A DNA stretch of 64,000 bases from an uncultured Gemmatimonadales bacterium (GCA_963842945.1 CAWJIM010000004.1:84441-148440), one strand, 5' to 3'. Positions 22,121 to 33,062 are shown, counted from the first letter of the stretch. Notes: a model not told the origin generated them from the sequence alone. Program-made: numbers and translations.

Positions 22121-22567
22121 ATGACCCCGGAGCAACAGGAGCTGTTGCGGGAGAGCTGGCGACGGTTCGAGCCGACGCTCAAGGAGGCGAGCCCCCGGTT
22201 CTACCAGCGTCTGTTCGAGCTGGACCCAAAGGCCGAGCGGCTGTTCGCCGGGGTGGACCTGGAGGCGCAGGAGCGCAAGCTGATGACGATGCTCGCCGAG
22301 ATCGTGCAGGTCGTCGACCAGCCCAGCGACCTGGTCAGCGTGGTGGCTGCGCTGGGGCGCCGGCATGTGCACTACGGGGTGCACGACGCCGACTATGAAT
22401 CGCTGGGGGCGGCACTGCTCTGGACTCTGGAACAGGGACTGGGAGACGGATTTACCCTCGAGGTCCGAGCGGCCTGGAGCGAAGCCTATCTCACCGTGGC
22501 GACTATCATGCGACGGGCAGCGGTGCGCGAGGAGCTGACCGGAGAGCGACCGGCGCTAGGGCGGTAA
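22121..22567 (+). CDS. Single-domain globin (flavohemoglobin-type globin domain)
   Basis: MTPEQQELLRESW..FYQRLFELDP..LF..LGRRHVHYGV..YESLGAALLWTLEQGLG..AWSEAY; AGGAGG RBS. Confidence 0.9.
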   Translation: MTPEQQELLRESWRRFEPTLKEASPRFYQRLFELDPKAERLFAGVDLEAQERKLMTMLAEIVQVVDQPSDLVSVVAALGRRHVHYGVHDADYESLGAALLWTLEQGLGDGFTLEVRAAWSEAYLTVATIMRRAAVREELTGERPALGR

Positions 22568-22576
22568 GGCGGTCAG

Positions 22577-22611
22577 GCGCCGGGTCTCGGAAGCAACTCG
22601 AGACCCGGCGT
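22577..22611. terminator. Hairpin between convergent genes
   Basis: GCGCCGGGTCTCG / CGAGACCCGGCGT stem. Confidence 0.6.
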
Positions 22612-22630
22612 TCCTACCAAAGGGGCCGGG

Positions 22631-22912
22631 CTATCGTGCCGCGGTGGCGGTCTGTGGTACCCGCGATGGTCTAACGAACCCCTCTCGGTTCTCCACCTGC
22701 AAGTATTCGTTCCGGCTCAACCCTTTAAGAGCCGGCTCCAACACATTCCGGACAGCATCGATCGAGGCAGCCTCCCAGATGCAGACTGCCCGGGTGCCGT
22801 CGGGTGTGGGGAAGGTGTGATGCAGGGTGAGATCCGGGGAGATTGTCCTCGGGTCGGCTGCGTTCCAGAACGCGGCCGGCTCGGAGATGGTGTGCTGAAC
22901 CAGGACGTACAT
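22631..22912 (-). CDS. Small hypothetical protein (dimeric alpha+beta barrel-like)
   Basis: GGAGG RBS; MYVLVQHTISEPAAFW..AVCIWEAASIDAVR. Confidence 0.7.
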   Translation of the reverse strand: MYVLVQHTISEPAAFWNAADPRTISPDLTLHHTFPTPDGTRAVCIWEAASIDAVRNVLEPALKGLSRNEYLQVENREGFVRPSRVPQTATAAR

Positions 22913-23133
22913 GATTGCCTCCGAATGGGATATAGGTGTGTGCTCCTAGATGCGGCCCCGTACCGGTGCTGTCAAGCTTGATAATCTCGCCGGCGATCCC
23001 CCGTGATTCCGAGGTGATCGGGGTGGCACTCGACTTGCCCCTCTCATGGCGGATCGGTCGGTCTTCAAACTCGACCAATGAACGGTCAAGCACTTACGAC
23101 GGCGACAGCCTCGACGACGCCACAGGAGTTGTG

Positions 23134-23661
23134 ATGGGGGGATCCTACAGGCAGTGCGACGCGTGCGGCAAGCGAGCCCTGAGCATCGCCAACCGGTGTC
23201 CCGGCTGCGGTCGCGAGCTTCCGGCCAACGAAGTGCAGAAGGGGGGCGGCGGCCTGGATCTGGGACGTTTCCTCACGCCGAAAGGAGTAGCCGCGGTCCT
23301 CGCCGTTGTGGCGGTTGTCGGGTCTGGCTAGTCTCGGCCCAGCCGGTCAGCCCAGGGAAGCCAGGGCGGAAGTGAGTCCTCCATGGCGAGAACGGCCCCG
23401 TTGGACACGGCTAGGGTCGCCGCGCACCGGCCAAGAGCGGCAGCGAGCTCCGGTCGCAGTCTACCGACGAGAGCAGCCGAGCTCCGCGTCGCACGAAGCT
23501 GGACGGAGGTGCGGAAGTCGCGGAGCGCGAGGGCCCCGCTCGAGGCCATGCTCATGCCGGGCGACACGGTGCTGGTGGACTCGCTCGAGCAGGGATGGTA
23601 CCGGTGGCGCTGGAGGGCGAGGTACTCGGCTACGCCCACCGCTGGGCGCTTGCGGCGCTAG
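23134..23661 (+). CDS. Zinc-ribbon, TM and SH3b-like domain protein, frameshifted
   Basis: CDACG..CPGCG; hydrophobic VAAVLAVVAVVG; WTEVRKSRS..LMPGDTVLVDSLEQGWYR. Confidence 0.55.
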
Positions 23662-23678
23662 GAGCGGGAACGGAACAG

Positions 23679-24059
23679 TCAGTCGTGAAGTAGAGTCGTC
23701 CGGGTACCTCTATCCGATCCTAGCAAAAACTCCTCATCCCGAGCGCGCAACTCACCGGCGACTCCCTGAGAGCCCAGCGGCAGCAGCACTACTTGCGATC
23801 GCGCCGCTCCGGAGACAGGCTCGTACTCCAAACCACCACTGCCAGCAGAGCCCAATTTGGGGGCCACGAACGACTTCGTGTCCATCAACCGGGCGTCTGG
23901 CCGCTCCAGGTTCTCGGCATAGCGGGCCGGGTCCACCTCAAACTCCCGGCGGCATTCGCGAGAACAGAAGAACACCTCCTGAGACTCGTATGTGGTGTGT
24001 GCCGGGGCTGTTTCCGGGTCGACCATCATTCCGCAGACCGGGTCCTTGACCTGATTCAT
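23679..24059 (-). CDS. YHS domain protein
   Basis: KDPVCGMMVDP..FFCSRECRREFEVDPARY; 3' end uncertain. Confidence 0.8.
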   Translation of the reverse strand: MNQVKDPVCGMMVDPETAPAHTTYESQEVFFCSRECRREFEVDPARYAENLERPDARLMDTKSFVAPKLGSAGSGGLEYEPVSGAARSQVVLLPLGSQGVAGELRARDEEFLLGSDRGTRTTLLHD

Positions 24060-24201
24060 TCTGAACTCCTGTTAGACCCGTTCGAAATGTCAGGGGACGG
24101 TGTGTGGTGATCGGTGACCTGAGTCACGCAGGGCCGCTTCCGGTATTCACGGGCGGCCGTCGCACATTCTAGGAGTACCTATTCAGCGTCCGTGACACTT
24201 G

Positions 24202-24256
24202 GTCTAGCGTCCAGAGTCCAGAGTCAAGGCAATCAGCCTGGACCCTGGACTCTAGA
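24202..24256. repeat. Inverted heptamer arrays (GTCCAGA)n / (CTGGACY)n
   Basis: gtctagcgtccagagtccagagtcaagg...cctggaccctggactctagac. Confidence 0.6.
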
Positions 24257-24273
24257 CAATAGCACTTACCCAC

Positions 24274-24681
24274 CTACACGAACATCGGAGACACCTGCCT
24301 TGTCTCCGCCGGCCTCGCGACGGGCTTCACCCTCGAAGCACCATCGATGATGACCCGGAGGTCTCCGTTGGACTGGACCAGGACATCCTTGAGGTCGTAA
24401 ATCCCTTCCGCCGGAATCTCCAGACCCTCGAGGATCACGTTGCTGGGTAGGGGCCCTCCGTCACCCGGCGTGGTGGTCTCCCGGACGGTGATGGGTCCCA
24501 TGGTGCAGAAAAAGACCACGCCGTGGCGGCTGGGCCTCCCGATAAACCAGTTCCGGCCCATCGCCTCGACTCTGATCCCTGGCAAGTCCGCCCTGATCTC
24601 CTGTCCATGCCGCACCTCGGCTTGGACCATCCGCTCGCGCAGCCGCTCTGATTGGGAATAGCTGGTGACACGTGCTTGCAT
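24274..24681 (-). CDS. Hypothetical protein
   Basis: AAGGAG RBS; 135-aa open ORF. Confidence 0.6.
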   Translation of the reverse strand: MQARVTSYSQSERLRERMVQAEVRHGQEIRADLPGIRVEAMGRNWFIGRPSRHGVVFFCTMGPITVRETTTPGDGGPLPSNVILEGLEIPAEGIYDLKDVLVQSNGDLRVIIDGASRVKPVARPAETRQVSPMFV

Positions 24682-24882
24682 TGTTCACTCCTTGTGGTAC
24701 GTCGAAAAACGATGGCTGTGGGCTGTAGCCCATGGCCCTGCTCGCCTAGCCAGTAGCTCGGCGATCTTGGGGTCCCTCTGACGTCTTGGCGGTGGCGCGG
24801 GGGAAAGCGAGGATGCCGCGGGTGCTTTTCAGTGGCTAGCGATCCATCCTACGTTAGGAAATACGGCTGAGGACGTCAATAC

Positions 24883-24947
24883 GGGCGGACAGACGGACGG
24901 GCGGGCAGCCGGACTGGCGGATAGGCGGAAGGCGGATAGGCGGATAA
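24883..24947. repeat. Degenerate octamer array (GGCGGAYA)n
   Basis: ggcggacagacggacgggcgggcagccggactggcggataggcggaaggcggataggcggata. Confidence 0.6.
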
Positions 24948-25029
24948 CCGAATCTGACCTTCTTGTGCTTAAGCCCTTCGTCGCCTTGAGTACCCGTCGC
25001 GGCGAACCCGTATGGCTATCACGCCGGTA

Positions 25030-26324
25030 TCAGTAGCTGCGATTCTTTCTCCAGTTGCCGCCCACATAGGTGCCTCGCACGACCCCATTGTCGGTCCCGG
25101 AGACCAGCGCTTCCGCCAGCGTCTCGGCCTCACATCCCGCGAGCGAGGGGTGCTCGAGGTCGATCACCACCAGATCGCCCCAGTGACCGGCCTCGATCCG
25201 ACCGGCGGGGAGTCCCAGCGCCCTGGCACCGCCGGCCGTCGCTGCATCGAGCACGACTGACGCCACCTCCCCTTCCCCACTCCGCAACACCCCACGCCTC
25301 TCGTTGCGCAGGCGCTGCCCGTACTCCAGCCAGCGCATCTCCTCGAGCGGTGAAATGCGCGCATTGGAGTCCGACCCCAGGCTCAGCCGCTCCAGCACGA
25401 TCCGGGACCGGCTCCAGCACGGGCAGCCCGTCGCCCAGGTTCCCCTCGGTAAGCGGACAGACGCACACGGTCCCACCCGCCTGGAGAAACTGCCGCAGAT
25501 CCTCGGGTGCGGTATGGGTGCAGTGCACCGCGGTCAGGTTCCCCCCGATGTCGAGCGTGTCGAGCAGCACCCGCATCGGTGGCCGGCCGTACGCCGCCAC
25601 GCACTCCTCGATCTCCCGTCGCTGCTCCTCCACGTGCATGTGGAACGGCAGCCGGCGCCGCGCTGCTTCGGCGTGCAGCGCCGCGATGTCGTCGACTGCC
25701 GCGGCGCGGATGCTGTGCGCCACTGCGCCGAGACTCTGGGTCCGGCGATCGAGCGCCGACTCGAGCCGGTCCATCTGCTTCCAGTACGCGCCCACATCGG
25801 TGGACCGGAAGCGCCGCTGCGCCGGGCCCGAGCGGCTGGCCGATGCCGCCGGTGGCGTAGTAGGTCTGGAGCAGCACGATGCGGATGCCGGCGGCGGCCG
25901 CGGCCTCGAGCACCACCCGGTCGAATTCGTAGTCGGTGCCGTCGCCCGCGTGGTGGAGATAATGGAACTCGCCCACGGTGGTGATGCCGGCGTCCCGCAT
26001 CTCCTCGAACGCCTGGACCGAGAGCCGGAACAGCTCGCGCTCGTCGAGCCGCTCGACCAGCGCGTACATCGCCTCCCGCCAGGTCCAGAAGTCGCCCGAC
26101 CCGGCCGGGAACCGCTCGCCTCGACCGCGGAGGCCGCGCTGGAAGGCGTGCGAGTGGGCGTTGACGAAGCCCGGCAGGAGCGCGCAGCGCTGGTGACGGT
26201 CGGTCGGCTTCCGGCCGGCGGTCACGGCCTCGATCCGGCCGTCTTCGCCCACGACCACCTGCAGTCCGGGCTCGAAGCGGCGGCCGGTCCAGGTCAGTTC
26301 GGCTTCGATGACCCTCCCGCTCAC
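25030..26324 (-). CDS. hutF: Formimidoylglutamate deiminase (amidohydrolase), frameshifted
   Basis: LLPGFVNAHSHAFQRGLRG..DFWTWRE, GEFHYLHH, HSIRA, HMHVEEQRRE, CPLTEGNLGDG, GSDS. Confidence 0.88.
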
Positions 26325-26340
26325 GCCGGTTCCGCCGCGC
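26319..26340. repeat. 22-bp direct repeat, copy at the hutF start (20/22 identical to 30231-30252)
   Basis: gctcacgccgGTtccgccgcgc versus gctcacgccgACtccgccgcgc. Confidence 0.7.
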
Positions 26341-26361
26341 GCCGGCGGCCGATCAGCAACG

Positions 26362-26892
26362 CTATTCCTCCTTCCGCTTGGCCGTAGGCGGAAGAAGTCC
26401 GTTGAGTCGGAGATAGTTGGCCAGCTGGCTATAATGGTCGGCCCAGTCCTGCGCCGTGGCCAACATGACACCGGCCCGGGAGAGCTTCCGGCCGCCGAAC
26501 CAGGGAAGCTGCTCGTCCAGCTTGGAGTCGTCCACCTTGGCCAGTGCGGACTCGCAGAACTGGAACGACTCCTTGAGCGCCGGCACCAGCTTGGTCTTGC
26601 CGGCGTCGCCCTTCAGCTCGGCGCGCTTGGGCGCCTCCACTCCCGAGATGGTGGAGCAGAGATAGTCGTTGCCTCCTGCCAGGTGGGCAATGACGTCGCC
26701 GAAGCTCATCTGCGCCGGGGTGGGCTTGTAGCCATACTTGCCGCCGGGCATCTCCTCCGCCGCAGCGACGAGATCCCGGCCATTGCGCTGGGCCAGCGAG
26801 CGCAAGGCATCGGCTACCGGAGACGAGCTGCTCTGGGCAGCGGCCGGCACGGTGAACACGCAGAGTGTGAGGAGGAGAAGACAGGTCTTCAT
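26362..26892 (-). CDS. DinB family protein, secreted
   Basis: Signal peptide; AAEEMP..YKPT..MSFGDVIAH..DHYSQLANYLRLNGLLPP. Confidence 0.85.
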   Translation of the reverse strand: MKTCLLLLTLCVFTVPAAAQSSSSPVADALRSLAQRNGRDLVAAAEEMPGGKYGYKPTPAQMSFGDVIAHLAGGNDYLCSTISGVEAPKRAELKGDAGKTKLVPALKESFQFCESALAKVDDSKLDEQLPWFGGRKLSRAGVMLATAQDWADHYSQLANYLRLNGLLPPTAKRKEE

Positions 26893-26970
26893 GGTATGAT
26901 CCCGGTGGCGGGTAATGGGGACCTCACCTCAACCTAGCAACGCCAACCTCTTCCGCCACCCCGGTCCTGC

Positions 26971-28165
26971 TTACTGGTCTTTGCTCGCCGCGATCACGCG
27001 CTGCAGAAACCCGTCCAACGCATCGTCTCGAATCCAGCGGGCGACCACTACCAGATCGTATTCGGGTATCACGCAGACCGCGTTGGTGCCGTTGCCGATG
27101 TGGCAAAACGTATTGGGCGTGGCGCCAGGCCACGGTCGCTGCCCGTCCGCGCCTGGGGAGTTCAGGAAATAGTTCATGAAGCCGTAGGTCGGCTGCGGTT
27201 TCGTGGGGGTCAGCGCCTGGGCGATCCACGCCTCCGACAGGATCTGCCGGTCCTTCCATTTGCCGCGGCGGAGCGTGAGGAGCCCAAACCGCGCCAGGTC
27301 GCGCGCGCTGATCCACATGCCGCCGCCCCAATGCGCCCCGCCAGACACCGACTGCATCCTCTTGCCGCCGATCTTGACCCACGAGTTGTCGTACCCGTGC
27401 CAGACCCAGGTATTCGAGGCCCCGATCGGGTCCATCAGGTATTGCTTCAAGACTTCCGGCAGCGGACGGCGCCACACCATCAGTGCGGCATAGGCGAGCA
27501 GGTTGACCCGGACGTCGTTGTACTTGTAGGTCGTGCCCGGTTCAGCGTGGATCCGTTTCTTGTACTGCTCGATCGGCACATCGGCAGGCGGCCGGTCCGC
27601 CCAGTCGGGTTTGCCCCAGAGCGTGCCTTCCCAGTCGCTGGTCTGACGCAGCAGGTGCTCCCAGGTGATTTTCGCGTTGTGTTCCGAGTCGAACTCACCC
27701 GTTTTCACGTAGTCTTTGACCCTGGCGTGGAGATCGGGGATGAGCTTGCGATCCCACGCCAGGCCGACCGTGCTCGAGAGGAAGCTCTTGGTGATACTGA
27801 AGGTCAGATCCACCCGCTCCGGCTCGCCCCACTCTGCTACCAGGTAGCCGTGCCGCAGGATGATACCGGTCATCTCTCCGCGGCTTTTGAATGGGCCGAT
27901 GGGATCCGGCAGCGGCTCCCGGCGCATACGGGCCAGCCCAATGCTCGGCCAGAAGATCTCTCGGCGCGGTGCTCTCCATCGACTTGGCAAAGGCGACTGC
28001 CGAGTCAACCAATGCCGCATCCATGGCGACGAGATGCGGGGGCGCGCCGTTCCCACTGCCCGGCAGGCGGGTAGTACGGCGATGCTGGGGCCGCGACTGG
28101 GCACCGAGGGATCCCGCGGCGAGGAGAACAGCGGGCAGCAATGCGAAGATCTTCGCGCTGCCCAA
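26971..28165 (-). CDS. Serine hydrolase (class C beta-lactamase-like), frameshifted N-terminus
   Basis: SxxK in FSITKS, HLLRQTS, YKYND, GGGMWISARDLARFG. Confidence 0.85.
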
Positions 28166-28169
28166 GGCT

Positions 28170-30035
28170 TCAAGGTTGTGGACTGACGCGGCTCCCATCT
28201 TTCGAGGGACCATAAGGCGACAGCCAATCGATATCCTTGACCGGCGCCTTCGGATCATCGCCCGGCTCGCGGACTGCGGGCAGGATGGACGTGGCAATGA
28301 AGTTATTCAGGTATCTTCCCCCGCGTCGATTTGAGTAGTTGCCCCCCATGGCTGTCGCAACCAGGTCCAGCTCCGGCACGACGAAGACCATTTGACCGCC
28401 CGCTCCCCGAGCCGAATAGCCTAATACCTGGCGGCCCTTGTACGGGTAATACTCCATCCACCAGAAGTAGCCGTAATAGATGTTGCGCAAATGATATTGG
28501 GGCGAGACTGCAGCCTTCGCGTAGCTCGCGCCGAGAATCCGCTTTCCGGCCCAGGTGCCGCCGTTCAGCATCAGCTGTCCGAACTTCATGTAGTCACGCG
28601 CCCTGATCGCCACGCTTCCTCCGCCGTAGGGGCGGCCGTTGGTGTCGAGGGGCCAGGAATAGTGCATGATCTGCATGGGGCGAGCGACCAGGCGGTCGAA
28701 GACCCGAACCGGGGACTGGTGCATCGCTTCGCCGAGCATCGAGAGCGCCAAATGCGGCTGCATGCTGCAATAGACGCTGTTCGTGCCGGGGTCGGTCGCC
28801 ATCGGCACCGACATGAAATAGGCGATCACGTCCGGCGGCTGCAGTTCGTCACCGATGTAGTCCTCGTTCCCCGGAGCCTTCTCATCGGTGTCGTCGCAAT
28901 AATGGCCCGACGACATGGTAAGCAGATTCTCGAGCGTCATCGCCCGCTTGCGCGGCTCTAGACCAGCCGGGAAGACGCCTCCATTCATCACCTGGTACAC
29001 ATGGCTGTCGAGCCGAAGCGGCGCCCCGGCGTACATCGCGGCGCCGATCGTCGTGCTGGTCAGGCTCTTGGCGCCAGAACGCAGGGTGTGGAGCTTGTCG
29101 CGCGAGAAGCCGTGGAAATATTCCTCGAGCAGGAGCCGGCCGTGGCGGGCGATCAGGAGGGCGTGGATCTCCGGCGCGTCGGCCTCGTCCATCTTCATGT
29201 CGATGATCGACTGGACGAGACGTTCCATCGCCGGCTGATCGATCCGTTGGGCGGCGAGGGTCGAGGTAGGCCACCCGTCACCGAGAGAAGGCGGCGGAGA
29301 ATAACGGTACCGATTGCCGGGGCGGGGCCGCGGATAGACCAGGCTCGAACTGTCGTCGCGCGAGAAATCGTAGGTCCCGCCTCGGTTGGGGAAGATGAGC
29401 GAGAAGCCGTCCATTTCCTGCTGAACGAAGCCGGTGGCGAGTACGCGCTCGGAGGCGTCGTCAGAGCCCGCCATGAGCCGCACGGCATCGCTGCTGCGGA
29501 TAAGCCTGCGCACTCCTCGCTGGTTGCCGAGATCGAACTCAGGGTTTCTGAGCACGGCATCGTAAGAGCCGTCAGCTCGCCGCCGAGCGAAGATGTAGAA
29601 GGAGAATTCGTCCTCGCCCGGATCGACCGTACCGAGCCATTTACCGGATCCGTCGGCCTTCAGCATGACCGGCGAAGCGCTCGGCCGATCCTTCCGAAGC
29701 CAGAGGCCGCGGATCAGGCCGGGTCCTTCAAAGCGGCCGCTGAAGCTGCCTTCCTTTCCCGGCAGCTCGAAGGTGAGCTCCTGGCCTTTCTGAGTCACCG
29801 GCGCCTCGCGCCCGGCGATGTCGGCAAGAAGCCCATAGCTCGTACGCTCGATGATGAGCTCGCCCCGTACGTCGGGGCCGAACCACTTCTTCGCGCTCCA
29901 TAGCCCGGAGAGATCGGCGGTGCTGGCACCAGCCGCCGGCGCGCTGCTGTTCTGCGCCATGACCGGGCCCGAGCCGGCAAGCAGAGCAATGCAAAGTAGT
30001 GAAAGCGCGCACGTGGAAGAAACGTTCGGCCTCAT
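28170..30035 (-). CDS. Serine hydrolase (beta-lactamase family) with N-terminal extension
   Basis: LRSGAKS, LLTMSSG, ARDYMKFGQLMLNGG, ARGAGGQ; signal peptide. Confidence 0.87.
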   Translation of the reverse strand: MRPNVSSTCALSLLCIALLAGSGPVMAQNSSAPAAGASTADLSGLWSAKKWFGPDVRGELIIERTSYGLLADIAGREAPVTQKGQELTFELPGKEGSFSGRFEGPGLIRGLWLRKDRPSASPVMLKADGSGKWLGTVDPGEDEFSFYIFARRRADGSYDAVLRNPEFDLGNQRGVRRLIRSSDAVRLMAGSDDASERVLATGFVQQEMDGFSLIFPNRGGTYDFSRDDSSSLVYPRPRPGNRYRYSPPPSLGDGWPTSTLAAQRIDQPAMERLVQSIIDMKMDEADAPEIHALLIARHGRLLLEEYFHGFSRDKLHTLRSGAKSLTSTTIGAAMYAGAPLRLDSHVYQVMNGGVFPAGLEPRKRAMTLENLLTMSSGHYCDDTDEKAPGNEDYIGDELQPPDVIAYFMSVPMATDPGTNSVYCSMQPHLALSMLGEAMHQSPVRVFDRLVARPMQIMHYSWPLDTNGRPYGGGSVAIRARDYMKFGQLMLNGGTWAGKRILGASYAKAAVSPQYHLRNIYYGYFWWMEYYPYKGRQVLGYSARGAGGQMVFVVPELDLVATAMGGNYSNRRGGRYLNNFIATSILPAVREPGDDPKAPVKDIDWLSPYGPSKDGSRVSPQP

Positions 30036-30232
30036 TGTCGGGGCTCCTCTGTCCAGGTCCAGGCCGATGCGGCACCCGGGCCGGAGTCAGAGGATCGGGT
30101 AGAGGACGCTCCTGGGGGCTGGTCCCGGTCGGCCGGGCGAAGGTGCGGGAAAGGCCGCGTTGTAAGGACGGGGTTCACGGTCGTTTGACCCAATCGGCCG
30201 CCAAAAGGTTGCGCAGTCGATGATCGTAGAGC

Positions 30233-31394
30233 TCACGCCGACTCCGCCGCGCAGGCTCGGTGGACGATGCGAGTCAGCAGCTCCCCGGCGCGGACGAACT
30301 CCGCCACCGGCAGCGATTCGTTCGGCTTGTGGGCGACCTCGATCGAGCCCGGCCCCCAGATGACGCAGTCGAGTCCGAGCCGGCTGAGCCAGCCGCCGTC
30401 GGTGCCGAACGGCGCGCTCCCGGATCCGGCCTGCCCCAGCTCCTCGGCGAGCAGGCGAAGGATCGGTGCGTTTTCCGCGACCATCATCGGCGGGGTCTCG
30501 CCCAGCACCGCCAGCTCGAACGGCACCCGCGACACCGCCTCCTGCACCACCGCTCGCACCCGCCCGGTCATCTCGTCCGCCGACATCCCGGGCAGGAGCC
30601 GCACGCCCAGATCGAGCACGCAGTCGGCCGGGACCACGTTGGTGGCACCGCCGCCGGCGACTCGGGCGACGTTGAGGGTGACATAGGGGACCTCGGGGAA
30701 GTGCTCCGCGTTGGGCGGCCGCTCCCGCTCGAGCGCCTGGCGCAGCTCGGCGAGGGCGACGATCGCTCGGCCGGCCAGCCTCGACCGCGTTCACGCCGAG
30801 ATGGGGAAGGCCACTGTGGGCGGGGATGCCGGTGAACGAGAGCCGGAGCCGCAGATGGCCCTTGTGCATGCGCAGGACCCGGAGCGAGGTCGGCTCGCCG
30901 ATGATGGCGGCCGACGGGAGCGGCGGGACCGCGCCCGGCTCGTCCAACAGGCGCCGGGCGCCCAGGGTGCCGGTCTCCTCGTCGTGGGTGAAGAGCAGCA
31001 CGAGCTGGTGCCGGAGTCGCGGGATGTCGGCCGCGGCGAGCCGGTTGATCGCGAGGGCGAGGAAGCCCTTCATGTCGGCCGCGCCGCGGGCGACGTAGGA
31101 TCCATCGCGCCGGGTCAGGGTGAACGGGTCGGACTCCCAGCCCTCCGATTCGGCCGGCACGGTGTCCATGTGGCCGGAGAGGACCAGACCGCGGTCGCCG
31201 TCTTCCGGGCCGGCCGCCACGATCAGGTTGAGCTTGGCGCCGTCGGCCGTCGGGTGCCGGGTGATGCGCACGCCGGGGCGGTCGAGGTAGTCGCTGATGA
31301 AGTCGGCGATCTCCCGGTTGCTCTTGTGGCTGGTGGTGTCGAAGGCGACGAGGCGGGCGAGAAGGGCCTCGTCGGAGAGCGGCTCGGCGGTCAT
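30233..31394 (-). CDS. argE: M20 family deacylase (acetylornithine deacetylase-like), frameshifted
   Basis: LSGHMDTVP, ARGAADMKGF, HDEETG, IIGEPT, AHS, FGTDGG, GPGSIEVAHKPNE. Confidence 0.85.
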
Positions 31395-31510
31395 CGTTCG
31401 CCGGAGAAGGGCAGCACCATGGCGGTACGAAGGTAAGGCGGTGAGCCCGTCCTTGCTGGCAATCCCCCATGGCCCTCGACACATTTAAGCCTCTCTTCCA
31501 CCGGCAGCTT

Positions 31511-32608
31511 GTGACCCCCAACGACTCCTCGCTCGCCACCGCGCTGGCGGGCCGCTACGCCATCGAGCGCGAGCTGGGCCGCGGCGGCATGGCCGGCGCC
31601 GCTCCGGGGCAACCCGCGGTTCCAGCGGCTGGTGAACGGCTCGTGACTGCGGACCCACGCGCGCGACTGCAGGAGGCGCTGGCCGATCGCTACGTGATCG
31701 AGCGCGAGCTCGGCCGTGGGGGCATGGCCACTGTCTATCTGGCGCGGGATCTCCGGGATGACGGAGCCGTCGCGCTGAAGGTCCTTCACCCCGAGCTCGG
31801 CTACACGGTCGGCGCCGACCGGTTCAAGCGCGAAATCCGGGTCGCGGCGCAGCTGCGGCATCCCAACATCCTTGGCGTACTCGACTCGGGAGAGACACCG
31901 GGCACCGGGGATGCAGGAGACGGCCTGCTCTGGTTCACGATGCCCCTGATCGAGGGAGAGAACCTGTACGAGCGGCTGCAGCGGGAGCACCAGCTCGCGC
32001 CCGACGAGGCGATCCGGATTGCGACCGAGGTGGCAGGTGCCCTCGCATACGCGCACCAGCAGGGCGTGGTCCACCGCGACATCAAACCTGACAATATCAT
32101 GCTCTCGGGTGACCAGGTGCTGGTCGCCGACTTCGGCGTGGCCCGTGCGGTCACCGAGGTGCAGGAGAAGCTCACTGCGACCGGGATGACCGTCGGCACC
32201 CCGACCTACATGAGCCCGGAGCAGGCGAGCGGCGACAAGGCAATCGACGGCCGGAGCGATATCTTCGCGCTGGGCTGCGTGTTGTACGAGATGCTGGCGG
32301 GCGAGCCGCCGTTCAAGGGGCCGAACCCGCAGACCACTCTCATGCTGAGGTTCATGGGGCCGCCCCGGCCGCTCCGCCCGGTGGTTCTGGTCCCCGAGCA
32401 CGTGGAAGCGGCCATCGTGCGCGCGCTGGCCAGGGATCCAACTGAGCGATTCGCCACCGCCGCGGAGTTCGCGGACGCCTTGGCGGGACATCAGACCGCG
32501 CCACCGGCTCAGGCCGTTGCAAAAACCTCGACGAGAAGGGGGTGCGCCGGCATGCTCCTGCTGGCCACGGGAGTAGCAGGATTAACCGCCCTCATTCTGC
32601 GGACCTGA
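31511..32608 (+). CDS. Ser/Thr protein kinase with a duplicated N-terminal segment (main start probably 31643)
   Basis: ERELGRGGMA twice; VALKVL, HRDIKPDN, DFG, GTPTYMSPE, DIFALG. Confidence 0.92.
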   Translation: MTPNDSSLATALAGRYAIERELGRGGMAGAAPGQPAVPAAGERLVTADPRARLQEALADRYVIERELGRGGMATVYLARDLRDDGAVALKVLHPELGYTVGADRFKREIRVAAQLRHPNILGVLDSGETPGTGDAGDGLLWFTMPLIEGENLYERLQREHQLAPDEAIRIATEVAGALAYAHQQGVVHRDIKPDNIMLSGDQVLVADFGVARAVTEVQEKLTATGMTVGTPTYMSPEQASGDKAIDGRSDIFALGCVLYEMLAGEPPFKGPNPQTTLMLRFMGPPRPLRPVVLVPEHVEAAIVRALARDPTERFATAAEFADALAGHQTAPPAQAVAKTSTRRGCAGMLLLATGVAGLTALILRT

Positions 32609-32667
32609 GGATGCGATGCGGTGGTGCCAAGGCTCCGGACCATAGCCTTCCACCACAGGAGCAGACC

Positions 32668-33052
32668 ATGTCCAACGCAATTGCACCCGCACTGACGCCC
32701 GAACAGTGGGACAGCCGGGATTATCGCCAGGCGGCCCGCGAGCTGGACAGCTGGGCCAAGCAGAGCGGCATCTCGGGCGGTGATTCCACCGAGTACGTCG
32801 CCAAGCTCGGCCTCGACCAGCACGGCGCGGTCATCGTGATGAATCGGGCGCACGATAGAGTCCTGGTGCCGCCGCCGTCGCGTGGCGCGTTGGCGGCCTT
32901 TGCCCTCGCCGAGCAGCCGTTCGGATTCAGCCAAAACGATGTCGAGATACTCCACGCTGCCGCCGATGCTACTCAGGATTCGGGTCTCGCGGGATCACTG
33001 AGGAGCCTGGCGGACACGGCTCAGTGCCCTAGTACCGCCCGCGGCTGGATGA
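32668..33052 (+). CDS. Hypothetical protein (probable frameshift near the 3' end)
   Basis: AGGAG RBS; MSNAIAPALTPEQW..ALAAFALAEQPFGFS. Confidence 0.6.
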
Positions 33053-33062
33053 CCAGGCCCAG

